Shown: positions 1 through 8,610 of the stretch, in pieces
Layout of the letters: every line of letters starts with the position of its first letter
Numbering within the stretch: position 1 is the stretch's first letter
IMG/VR virus record: IMGVR_UViG_3300027759_000044
DNA: 64,000 nucleotides
Direction: 5' to 3' (one strand)
From: a virus
Taxonomy: Duplodnaviria; Caudoviricetes
The notes under the pieces: model-generated
Told to the model about the DNA's origin: nothing
What the model saw: the letters and a program-made list of their open reading frames with translations, nothing else
Databases searched by the model: none
Translations under genes and position numbers: made by a program

Positions 1-1
1 C

Positions 2-343
2 TTTACAGTTAATCGTATTGGTAGTATTGTTTATTATGCTATTGCTACAGTATTCATTGCTAACATTTATGATGCACCACTAGGCTTAACAGGACTAGCA
101 GTTGTATTGTTTGGTAGTATCTTAGCAGGACTAGCAAGTGCAGGTACAACAGGTATCCTTACAGTCGCTACAGTGGCAGTTGTGTGTGATTTGTTGAAAT
201 TACCAAGCGAAGCTGTATTAGTATTACTAATCGCAGTTGATCCATTAATGGATATGATTCGCACAGCAAGTCATGTACACGGCAATGTAGCAGTAACAGC
301 ATTTGTCTGCGACAAAGAGGTAGTTACTGGTGGACAAACTTAA
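2..343 (+). CDS. Dicarboxylate/amino acid:cation symporter (DAACS/GltP family), C-terminal part; 5' end lies outside the window
   Basis: Frame is open from base 2: FTVNRIGSIVYYAIATVFIANIY...LASAGTTG...IAVDPLMDMIRTASHVHGN. This matches the DAACS TM7/HP2/TM8 pattern (TxNxxG..A..A.FIA; AxGxxG; AVD...DM.RT..NV.G). Confidence 0.85.
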   Translation, partial: FTVNRIGSIVYYAIATVFIANIYDAPLGLTGLAVVLFGSILAGLASAGTTGILTVATVAVVCDLLKLPSEAVLVLLIAVDPLMDMIRTASHVHGNVAVTAFVCDKEVVTGGQT

Positions 344-932
344 AGATTTTCTCTTTAGTTTATTAACCTATATAGGCGAAAGTCCATTTCGCCTATTTAC
401 CGTTGTCTTTCTCTGTATACTAGGATTTGCTGGTTGGATTGTTTATACAGAAAAAGACAACTTCTTGGCAACATATCGTGCCCAACAAGCATTGCCTAAG
501 ATGAATGGAAGATATGAAGAAGCATATAATTTCTTATTAAAAAATACAGAAATAGAGCTTGTATCTATTATGGAAGTTAACACTTTAATAAACACAAGAA
601 AAATTGTATTTGTGTCCACACGCAATGGTGGAAGAATTAAACAATACGATGGATTAGATGTTGGATTGTTTAGTAAAAACTATGATAACAATAATGATGT
701 TATTGGTTTAATGTCTGGTAAGATACCATGTAGTCCATATCTTAAGCCACAAAGTCTTATTGGATTTGCGTATAGAGAAAATGGTGTTAACTATATGTGT
801 AGAATTAGTGTACCAGCAGAGCCTGGCGTATTCATTGGACAAATTAGTGTAGGTTGGAAAGAACAACCCACTGATGTTGAAGCCGCACAAACCGCATTAG
901 TTATTGCTTCTGCCTTGTTATTTAAAAAATGA
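330..932 (+). CDS. T4 gpT-like holin candidate (one N-terminal TM plus periplasmic GAF-like domain)
   Basis: 200 aa, GTG start, single TM (FTVVFLCILGFAGWIVY). Size, topology and the C-terminal YMC...FIGQISVGW...ASALL segment resemble T4 holin T as recalled. Confidence 0.6.
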   Translation: MDKLKDFLFSLLTYIGESPFRLFTVVFLCILGFAGWIVYTEKDNFLATYRAQQALPKMNGRYEEAYNFLLKNTEIELVSIMEVNTLINTRKIVFVSTRNGGRIKQYDGLDVGLFSKNYDNNNDVIGLMSGKIPCSPYLKPQSLIGFAYRENGVNYMCRISVPAEPGVFIGQISVGWKEQPTDVEAAQTALVIASALLFKK

Positions 933-997
933 GACTTCCTGCTGTCATCGCTATTGGTATTGGTATTTTTATAATCATAATATTGGTTATGGTATGA
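929..997 (+). CDS. 22-aa hydrophobic micropeptide MRLPAVIAIGIGIFIIIILVMV
   Basis: Absent from the ORF track. ATG 929 overlaps the upstream TGA and its TGA overlaps the racemase ATG (ATGA coupling at both ends). Almost wholly hydrophobic. Confidence 0.6.
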   Translation: MRLPAVIAIGIGIFIIIILVMV

Positions 998-1686
998 TTA
1001 AACGATTAGGAGTATTAGGTGGCATGGGCCCTGCCGCAAGTGCTGAATTTATAAGCAGACTAATACAACAAACTCCTGCAACGTGTGACCAAGAACATAT
1101 TCCATTTGTATTATGGAATGAGCCACGAACACCTGATCGTAGTACAAGTATGCGAGCCGGCAATGATGATCCTTTACCGTACTTGAAAGAAGGCATTCTA
1201 TCATTAAAAGCTGTAGGATGTGATTATATTGTCATACCTTGCAACTCAGCACATTACTGGTATACTGAATTAAATGAATTAGGTGTACCAATAATTCATA
1301 TTGTTAGTAGTGTAATTACAGAGTTAGACAGTTTAGCTATTCCAAATCAAACTATTGGTGTAATAGGAACACAAGGTACAATAGAGTACGGAATATATCA
1401 ACAACATTTAATAAAGCAAGGTTGGAAATGTATTGTACCAGACACAGCAGAGATGGATTACTTTGTTCAGCCTGCAATTGATTTTATTAAAGCTGGTAAT
1501 ATGGTGGAAGCAAATTCTTTGTTAGTCAAGGTTATTGACAGTTTAATTTCTCGTGGGGCAAAAGCTGTAGTATTAGGTTGTACAGAATTGCCATTAGCTG
1601 TTAGAGAATTAGAGCTAAACGGCATTCCTTTAGTTAATAGCATAGATAGTTTGGTTAAAAGAGCTATATTTCATGCCAACATGTGA
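994..1686 (+). CDS. Aspartate/glutamate racemase (PLP-independent)
   Basis: Motifs LGVLGGMGPAAS, PDRS, IPCNSAH and LGCTELP carry both catalytic cysteines. Start moved from 904 to ATG 994. Confidence 0.92.
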   Translation: MIKRLGVLGGMGPAASAEFISRLIQQTPATCDQEHIPFVLWNEPRTPDRSTSMRAGNDDPLPYLKEGILSLKAVGCDYIVIPCNSAHYWYTELNELGVPIIHIVSSVITELDSLAIPNQTIGVIGTQGTIEYGIYQQHLIKQGWKCIVPDTAEMDYFVQPAIDFIKAGNMVEANSLLVKVIDSLISRGAKAVVLGCTELPLAVRELELNGIPLVNSIDSLVKRAIFHANM

Positions 1687-1716
1687 TCCTAATCACACCT
1701 ACGTAAAATATTAGTA

Positions 1717-1746
1717 TTGACAGTACTAGTAGAAATGCTATATACT
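1717..1746 (+). promoter_or_regulatory. sigma70-type promoter for the DUF4214-like gene
   Basis: TTGACA at 1717 and TATACT at 1741 (18-bp spacer). Confidence 0.6.
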
Positions 1747-1778
1747 TATTGAGTTATTTTTATATAAAAAGGAAATTT

Positions 1779-2675
1779 ATGACAACTACAATTACAATCA
1801 AAGACAAACCGGTAAACACTACCTATCAAAACATCACTGGATTAACAGGTGGCGCAGGTGTTGAAGCCGCATTTGATGTTACAAAAACTAACGGAGTATA
1901 TTCCGTTGTATTAGATTCACTAGCCGCTAGCGCAGGTCGCGGTTACTTAGCTGGTGACACAATCACTCTTGCTGGTACGGCACTAGGCGGAACAGTTGCT
2001 AACAACTTAATCGTTACAGTTGCTACTGTTGGTACATTAGGTAAGATTGCTACATTTGGTGTAGTAGGTACAGGTCGTGTTGGCGATGGTACAGTTGATG
2101 TGGTAGTAGATGTTACTGGTACAAGCGGTATTGACACCTATACAACAGGTGGTGCAAGCACAGAGTATACAATTACAAAGACTGCCGCTAAAGTAACACT
2201 AGCAAGCACATTAGTTAGTAACATGGAATTCAATCTTGCCGACCACGAACGTGTTGTCTTTACTGACAAGGCTATTGCTTATGATGCTGCCGGTCGTGCA
2301 GGTGATGTATACGCATTACTAGCAGCCGCACTTGGTGTTGCTGATGTTACTAAAGCATATGAAGGCATTGGTATCTATCTTGCTGATGCTGGTTGGACAA
2401 ACAAAGAATTAGCCACAGCATTACTAGCTACGGACACTTATAAGGCAGACGCCGGTGGTGTTAGTGATGAAACATTCATTAAGCATGTTTACAAAAATGT
2501 AATGGGTACAACTGCTACTTTAGCAGATGTAACTTCATTGACAAATTGGATGACTGCTAACAAGTACAGCCAAGCTGATGTATTAGTTATTGCTAGTGAA
2601 TTGGCAACATTTGAAACAAGTATCGGTTTAGTTGGTTTAGCAACAACTGGTATTGAATATACACCAGTCGTATAA
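1779..2675 (+). CDS. Thr/Ala/Gly-rich surface-type protein with C-terminal DUF4214-like domain
   Basis: AAGGA RBS before ATG 1779. C-terminal SDETFIKHVYKNVMG...QADVL...SE...IGLVGLATTGIEY resembles DUF4214 of proteobacterial S-layer/RTX-type proteins. No signal peptide. Confidence 0.6.
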   Translation: MTTTITIKDKPVNTTYQNITGLTGGAGVEAAFDVTKTNGVYSVVLDSLAASAGRGYLAGDTITLAGTALGGTVANNLIVTVATVGTLGKIATFGVVGTGRVGDGTVDVVVDVTGTSGIDTYTTGGASTEYTITKTAAKVTLASTLVSNMEFNLADHERVVFTDKAIAYDAAGRAGDVYALLAAALGVADVTKAYEGIGIYLADAGWTNKELATALLATDTYKADAGGVSDETFIKHVYKNVMGTTATLADVTSLTNWMTANKYSQADVLVIASELATFETSIGLVGLATTGIEYTPVV

Positions 2676-2692
2676 TTAATATATACTACTAT

Positions 2693-2715
2693 AAAAGGCT
2701 CTTTGAGCCTTTTTT
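2693..2715 (+). terminator. Intrinsic terminator
   Basis: AAAAGGCTC-TTT-GAGCCTTTTTT. Confidence 0.8.
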
Positions 2716-2823
2716 CATGTTAAAGCAGACGTTATTACGCAAACAACTATTTTATATGGGTAAGAAAAATCGCTCTAAATATTAGTCTAATCTGTTAACA
2801 GATTTTATTTAAAGGAAAATTAT

Positions 2824-3708
2824 ATGAAGAAAATCGCAATAGCGACATTATTGGCCGCAACAACACTAGTTGCAACTGCTCAAGTATCAGTCTCTGGTAA
2901 AATCAGCGAATTTGCTGACAATACTAAAACAGGTGCAACAAGCAAAACAACTCTTGTTACAGATCCAACAAGCAACTTCACATTTTCAGCAAATGAAAAT
3001 ATTGGTGGTGGTTTGAAGGCTCGTGTAGTATTAGATACAAGTTTGGCAGCTAATGATCCAACAGGTGGCTCTGCAACTAAGTTAGGTGATCGTCAATCAA
3101 CAGTCGGTTTAGCTAACAGACTAGGCAGTGTTGACCTAGGTCGCAACTTACATAGTCACTTCTTAGCAGTTACTAACAATGATGCCTTTGGTACATTGTA
3201 TGGTAGTATTGCCGGTGATGTACATAACTTGCGTGGTCTAAGAATGAGCAATGGTACATTCTTTGCATTGACACCAATCAAAGGTGTAACTGCAACCTAT
3301 GACCGCACAAATAATGGTGTAGGTACTGAAGCAACTAGCTATAGTGCATCAGCAACTGTTATGGGTGTTAATGCTGTAGTTGCCCAATATAGTCAAGGTA
3401 CTGAAAAAAGTACTGTATATGGTGGTAGCGCAAAATTAGGCGGTACTCAAGTATTTTACACACATAGTGATGACAAAGGTGTAGGCGCACATAAGGGTGA
3501 TTTGATTGGCGCAAGTCAAGCATTTGGTCCAGTAACTGCTAAAGCAAGTTTTGGTAAAACAAATACCAATGTTAAAGCTTATTCAATGGGTGCTGATTAT
3601 AACTTCAGTAAGCGTACTGCTCTTGGTGTCAACTATCGTAGTGTTGATGCTACAGGTACAGCAAATGACGTAAAACAAGTTGGAGTTGGTGTAACACATC
3701 GCTTCTAA
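2824..3708 (+). CDS. Gram-negative general porin
   Basis: Signal peptide MKKIAIATLLAATTLVATA, alternating beta-strand pattern, G.VDLGR motif, C-terminal ADYNFSKRT...VGVGVTHRF ending in Phe (BAM signal). Confidence 0.85.
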   Translation: MKKIAIATLLAATTLVATAQVSVSGKISEFADNTKTGATSKTTLVTDPTSNFTFSANENIGGGLKARVVLDTSLAANDPTGGSATKLGDRQSTVGLANRLGSVDLGRNLHSHFLAVTNNDAFGTLYGSIAGDVHNLRGLRMSNGTFFALTPIKGVTATYDRTNNGVGTEATSYSASATVMGVNAVVAQYSQGTEKSTVYGGSAKLGGTQVFYTHSDDKGVGAHKGDLIGASQAFGPVTAKASFGKTNTNVKAYSMGADYNFSKRTALGVNYRSVDATGTANDVKQVGVGVTHRF

Positions 3709-3723
3709 TCTCAACGAGATTAC

Positions 3724-3748
3724 ATAAAAAGGCTCTCAGGAGCCTTTT
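3724..3748 (+). terminator. Intrinsic terminator; identical 25-bp copy at 10086-10110
   Basis: ATAAAAAGGCTC-TCAG-GAGCCTTTT. Confidence 0.8.
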
Positions 3749-3756
3749 ATATTGGG

Positions 3757-3764
3757 TATAAATA
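3757..3764 (+). promoter_or_regulatory. T4-type late promoter TATAAATA (representative copy)
   Basis: The core ATAAATA recurs just upstream of genes, mostly structural or late, at 4005, 5543, 6973, 19930, 20927, 23405, 24976, 29066, 46513, 48145, 49588, 51744, 54293, 61570, 63880, and on the minus strand at 43210-43216 and 59650-59656. Confidence 0.75.
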
Positions 3765-3785
3765 TATAGTTATAAAGGAATTATA

Positions 3786-4001
3786 ATGATAGACTTAGAA
3801 AACATGCCAGCACCAACACAAGAAGAAATTGCTGAAGCAAGAGAAAACGCATTTAATGCTGAACGTCCAGCATCATGGATATGGGATGAAGCTGCTGTAT
3901 CATATGTTGCACCAACCTCACCCCCGTCAGATGGATATCCTTATTTATGGGATGAAGATACAACTAGTTGGACTCCTTTCCCGGGATATCCTAGAGGATA
4001 A
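3786..4001 (+). CDS. Small Trp/Pro-rich fibre-associated protein; homologous to the C-terminal half of 8229-8594
   Basis: PASWIWDE...VAPTSPPSDGYPYLWDEDTTSW aligns with FASWTLNE...EAPTPMPTDDKMYRWDEETMSW. Confidence 0.6.
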   Translation: MIDLENMPAPTQEEIAEARENAFNAERPASWIWDEAAVSYVAPTSPPSDGYPYLWDEDTTSWTPFPGYPRG

Positions 4002-4034
4002 TTGATAAATATAATATAACGTAGGAATAATAAA

Positions 4035-5531
4035 ATGGCATTACCAGGCATACAAATAGGTCCAGGCATTGATATAGGAGCTGGTATTTTAATACAACAA
4101 GCTCCTAGTGGTAGTTCTCCGGTTAATACCGTAGCACCGGTTGTAAGTGGTACACCAAATTTTGGTCAAACACTATCAACTACTAATGGCACTTGGACTG
4201 GCACAGCTACAATAACTTTCACATATCAATGGCAACGAAATGGTACTAATATAGGAAGTGCAACGTCTAGTAGCTATACTTTAGTAGCCGCAGATGTAGG
4301 TAATCCAATCAGATGCGTAGTAACTGGTACTAACGGCATTGGTAATTCATCTGCTAATTCTAATGCCACAGCTAATGTATCAGCTATAGCCCCAGATGCG
4401 CCAACTATAGGTACAGCTACAGCTACAGGGTCAACCACAGCAACAGTAGCATATACAGCTCCGGCAAGTAATGGTGGTGCCACTATTACAACATATACAG
4501 CAACAAGTAGTCCAGGTAGCATCACTGGTACATTAAGCCAAGCAGGTAGTGGAACCATCACTGTTTCTGGATTAACAGCAAGCACAAGTTATACATTTAC
4601 AGTTACTGCTACAAATAGTATTGGTACAAGTAGCCCAAGTGCTGCAAGTAATAGTATTACAACATCAGCACCGGCAGCCCCATCAACAGTTGATTACCTT
4701 GTAGTTGCAGGCGGCGGTGGAGGTAACACTAATGATGGTGGTGGTGGTGGCGCCGGTGGATTTAGATATGGTACTTCTTTCTCTATTGGATCTTCATTTA
4801 CTGTAACAGTTGGCGGTGGTGGCGCGGCTCAAACAGGACAAGCAAGTTATGGTAATGCTGGGTCAAATTCAGTATTTTCAAGTATTACGTCAGCCGGCGG
4901 CGGTGCTGGCGGTTCTGGTCAAGGCGGTGGAAATTGGAAAAACGGTGGTGATGGCGGCTCTGGTGGCGGAGGCGGAAACGGTGGCGGAGATAGTTCCGTA
5001 GGAGGCGCCGGCAATACACCAAGCACAAGCCCATCTCAAGGTTTTGGCGGCGGTGCTGGAAGTGGTACTGGTCCAGCTTATCCTGGTGGCGGAGGTGGAG
5101 GAGCTAGTGCGGTTGGGGGTAATGGTCAAGCTCCAAATGGCCCCGGAGGTTCTGGTGGTGCAGGTTCTGTTAACCCAATTACAGGATCAACAACAGGTCA
5201 ATTAAGTGGCGGTAATTACTATTTAGCCGGCGGTGGCGGTGGCGGTGTTGATAATGGCGCGACTCCAGCGGCCGGCGGACTTGGAGGAGGCGGTACAGGA
5301 GGAAATAATGGTACTGCTGCCACAAATGGAACTGCCAATACTGGCGGTGGCGCCGGATCATCAGGTAGATCCACTACAGGTAGTGGTGGCTCTGGTGTTG
5401 TTATTATTGCCTATCCATCTTCATATGCTGACCTTACAACAATTGGTGGTGGTCTAACTTATGCTAAAACAACATCAGGTGGAAACACTATATATACATT
5501 TACAGCTGGAACAGGAACAGTTACGGTGTAA
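4035..5531 (+). CDS. Ig-like + FN3 + glycine-rich virion fibre/adhesin, paralogue 1
   Basis: TYQWQRNG Ig-like module, APDAPTIG...SYTFTVTATNS FN3 module, then poly-Gly domain ending SGVVIIAYP...FTAGTG. Confidence 0.7.
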   Translation: MALPGIQIGPGIDIGAGILIQQAPSGSSPVNTVAPVVSGTPNFGQTLSTTNGTWTGTATITFTYQWQRNGTNIGSATSSSYTLVAADVGNPIRCVVTGTNGIGNSSANSNATANVSAIAPDAPTIGTATATGSTTATVAYTAPASNGGATITTYTATSSPGSITGTLSQAGSGTITVSGLTASTSYTFTVTATNSIGTSSPSAASNSITTSAPAAPSTVDYLVVAGGGGGNTNDGGGGGAGGFRYGTSFSIGSSFTVTVGGGGAAQTGQASYGNAGSNSVFSSITSAGGGAGGSGQGGGNWKNGGDGGSGGGGGNGGGDSSVGGAGNTPSTSPSQGFGGGAGSGTGPAYPGGGGGGASAVGGNGQAPNGPGGSGGAGSVNPITGSTTGQLSGGNYYLAGGGGGGVDNGATPAAGGLGGGGTGGNNGTAATNGTANTGGGAGSSGRSTTGSGGSGVVIIAYPSSYADLTTIGGGLTYAKTTSGGNTIYTFTAGTGTVTV

Positions 5532-5576
5532 TTAAAGTCGGCATAAATAATATTAATATATATTGGAAATAATAAT

Positions 5577-6965
5577 ATGGCAGTGACAATAGGCGGAAAC
5601 ATAACAATAGGTGGTGGTATTACTCTAATACCAGAATCAAGCACAAGTCCCCCAGTTAATACCGTAGCACCGGTTGTAAGTGGTACAGCTAATTTTGGTC
5701 AAACACTATCAACTACTGATGGTACTTGGACTGGCACAGCTACAATAACATTTACATATCAATGGCAACGCAATGGAGTTAATATAGGAAGTGCTACTGC
5801 TAGCACATATACATTAGTAGCTGCAGATGTGGGTAATCCAATTAGATGTGTAGTAACTGGTACAAATGGTATTGGTAACTCATCTGCTAATTCTAATGCT
5901 ACATCTAATGTATCAGCAATTTCACCAGGAGCTCCTACAATAGGTACAGCCACAGCTACAGGTGCTACTACTGCAACTGTATCATATACCGCTCCAGCAA
6001 GTAATGGCGGTGCTACTATTACAACATACACAGCAACAAGCAGTCCTGGTGGCATCACCGGTACATTAAGCCAAGCAGGTAGTGGTACTATTAATGTTAC
6101 TGGATTAACAGCTGGTACAAGTTACACATTTACTGTTACTGCTACTAACAGTGTTGGTACTGGTTCAGCTAGTGCATCAAGTAATAGCATTACGACAGAT
6201 GCCGCATTTAGTTATCTTGTTGTTGCGGGCGGCGGTGGAGGATCCGGTGGCGGTGGTGGTGCAGGTGGTATGCTAACTGGTACAGCTACATTCTCTGGTT
6301 CCTATACAGTCACCGTGGGCGCAGGCGGTAGTGCTGGCACGCAAACTAGCGGAAATGCTTCTCCTGGAACTAATTCAATTATAACTGGGTATACCGCAGT
6401 TGGCGGTGGATATGGTGCTGGAGCTTATGCAGTAGTTAACGGTGGTTCTGGTGGCTCTGGTGGCGGTGGTTCAATTGGTTCTTTTATTATAGGAGTAGGA
6501 GCAGGAGGTACTGCAACAGCAGGACAAGGTTATGCAGGCGGATCAGGCACTGCAACAACTACCGCATATGGCTGGCTTTCTGGTGGCGGTGGTGGTGCTG
6601 GCGGGGTAGGTGCTAGTACCCAAGATATTGATACTGGTGCTGTAGGAGGTGGTGCGGGTGGTGCCGGCTTAGCATCATCTATTACAGGATCTTCTGTTAC
6701 CTATGCTGCTGGAGGTAAAGGCTATTGGTCTACCGGTGTCACCGGAGATGCCACAGCAAATTCAGGAAACGGCGGAGGTGGTTCAAGAACTTTTCAGGCG
6801 GCAAGTGCTGGATGGAACGGAGGCTCTGGTGTAGTAATTATTGCTTACCCAGATAGTTATCCAGCTATCTCCTCAATTGGAGGTGGTTTAACATACACCC
6901 AACCATCTAGAGCTGGTTACCGAGTGTATAGATTTACTGCTGGTACAGGAACTATTACTTTCTAA
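5577..6965 (+). CDS. Ig-like + FN3 + glycine-rich fibre/adhesin, paralogue 2
   Basis: Same architecture as 4035-5531, with its own ATAAATA upstream. Confidence 0.7.
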   Translation: MAVTIGGNITIGGGITLIPESSTSPPVNTVAPVVSGTANFGQTLSTTDGTWTGTATITFTYQWQRNGVNIGSATASTYTLVAADVGNPIRCVVTGTNGIGNSSANSNATSNVSAISPGAPTIGTATATGATTATVSYTAPASNGGATITTYTATSSPGGITGTLSQAGSGTINVTGLTAGTSYTFTVTATNSVGTGSASASSNSITTDAAFSYLVVAGGGGGSGGGGGAGGMLTGTATFSGSYTVTVGAGGSAGTQTSGNASPGTNSIITGYTAVGGGYGAGAYAVVNGGSGGSGGGGSIGSFIIGVGAGGTATAGQGYAGGSGTATTTAYGWLSGGGGGAGGVGASTQDIDTGAVGGGAGGAGLASSITGSSVTYAAGGKGYWSTGVTGDATANSGNGGGGSRTFQAASAGWNGGSGVVIIAYPDSYPAISSIGGGLTYTQPSRAGYRVYRFTAGTGTITF

Positions 6966-7003
6966 AGTTAACATAAATATAAATATATAATAGGAATAAT
7001 AGC

Positions 7004-8212
7004 ATGGCATTACAAATAGGTGGAAATATTGTTATTGGTGGTAATATCACACTTCAAATAGAGTCTGGTGTTACGGTGCCAGGTGCTCCTACAATAGGTA
7101 CAGCTACAGCTACAGGTGCATCAACAGCCACAGTAGCATTTACTGCTCCAGCAAGTAATGGTAATGCCACGATTACAACGTATACAGCGACAAGTAGTCC
7201 TGGCGGTATCACTGGTACACTAAGTCAAGCAGGTAGTGGTACTATTAATGTTACTGGATTAAGTCCAAGTACAAGTTATACATTTACTGTAACTGCTACT
7301 AATAGTGTTGGTACAGGTAGTCCAAGTTCGGCAAGCAATAGCATAACTACTGCAGCATTAAGTGCTTCAATTCAATATTTAGTAGTTGCAGGAGGCGGTG
7401 GATCAGCCGGCAGTGGTAGTGTCAATCCAGGTGGCGGCGGAGCCGGCGGATTTAGATCATCTACTCTTTCGGCATCTTTAAGCACAAATTACACAGTAAC
7501 CGTAGGTGGCGGAGGAGCCGGAGTACCTAATAATAGTCAGAGTGATGGATCACCTGGTTCTAACTCAGTATTCAGCTCTATAACTTCTGCAGGTGGAGGT
7601 GGTGCTAATGGATTTAACACTGCTACCGGCGGTAGCGGTGGTTCTGGCTCCGGCGGTTTTGGCTCTGGAGGTGGCGGTTCAACTAAAGGTTTTGGTAATA
7701 CTCCAAGCACAAGTCCTTCACAAGGTAATGACGGTGGTAATGGGGGCGGTTCTCCATACTATGGAGGTGGAGGTGGAGGTGCAGGAGGTGCAGGCTCTAA
7801 TGGCGGATCAAGCGTAGGAAATGGTGGTATTGGAGCAGCCAATCCAATTGCAGGATCAACGACAGGTGAATTCTCTGGTGGACAATATTACCTAGCTGGT
7901 GGTGGCGGTTCTGGTAGTAATGGACCAACTGCATCAGCCGGTGGTCTTGGTGGTGGTGGGTACGGTAGTAATGGATCAGCAGTTGCGGCTGCAGGAGCAA
8001 CTAACACCGGAGGTGGCGGGGGCGGAGGTACTAATGTCGGAAGTCCTTATGATCAAGGTAAAGCCGGCGGATCAGGTGTTGTTGTACTTAAATATCCAGA
8101 TACTTATACAATTACAGTTGGCGGCGGGCTAACAAGCTCAACATCTTCACCATCAGGTGGATACAAAATAACAACATTTACTGCCGGAACAGGCAACGTA
8201 CAATGGAATTAA
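7004..8212 (+). CDS. FN3 + glycine-rich fibre/adhesin, paralogue 3 (lacks the Ig-like module)
   Basis: The shared N-terminal leader joins directly to the FN3 module. Confidence 0.7.
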   Translation: MALQIGGNIVIGGNITLQIESGVTVPGAPTIGTATATGASTATVAFTAPASNGNATITTYTATSSPGGITGTLSQAGSGTINVTGLSPSTSYTFTVTATNSVGTGSPSSASNSITTAALSASIQYLVVAGGGGSAGSGSVNPGGGGAGGFRSSTLSASLSTNYTVTVGGGGAGVPNNSQSDGSPGSNSVFSSITSAGGGGANGFNTATGGSGGSGSGGFGSGGGGSTKGFGNTPSTSPSQGNDGGNGGGSPYYGGGGGGAGGAGSNGGSSVGNGGIGAANPIAGSTTGEFSGGQYYLAGGGGSGSNGPTASAGGLGGGGYGSNGSAVAAAGATNTGGGGGGGTNVGSPYDQGKAGGSGVVVLKYPDTYTITVGGGLTSSTSSPSGGYKITTFTAGTGNVQWN

Positions 8213-8228
8213 TTAAAAAGGAAAAAAT

Positions 8229-8594
8229 ATGGCACATTACGCATTCTTAGATGAAAACAAAATCGTTACTGAAGTTATAGTAGGTAAAGATGAAGGTGAA
8301 AACGGTATTGATTGGGAACAACACTACGGTGACTTCCGAGGTCAAACTTGTAAACGCACAAGCTACAACACTTATGGAGGTGTTCATTTAAACAGTGGCA
8401 CACCATTACGTAAGAATTATGCAGGTATAGGCTACACATATGATGAAACACTTGATGCTTTTATACCTCCCAAACCATTTGCATCTTGGACATTAAACGA
8501 AACTAGTTGTTTGTGGGAAGCACCCACACCAATGCCAACAGATGATAAAATGTATCGTTGGGATGAAGAAACAATGTCTTGGCTTGAAATATAA
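8229..8594 (+). CDS. Fibre-associated protein, possible assembly chaperone
   Basis: MAHYAFLDEN...YAGIGYTYD..LDAFIPPKPFASW...WDE; sits within the fibre array. Confidence 0.55.
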   Translation: MAHYAFLDENKIVTEVIVGKDEGENGIDWEQHYGDFRGQTCKRTSYNTYGGVHLNSGTPLRKNYAGIGYTYDETLDAFIPPKPFASWTLNETSCLWEAPTPMPTDDKMYRWDEETMSWLEI

Positions 8595-8610
8595 TAATTA
8601 AGGTAGTAGT

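Noticed and set aside
904-993. N-terminal extension of the racemase given in the ORF track
   Set aside because: It overlaps the holin end and the micropeptide; the family N-terminus begins at ATG 994.
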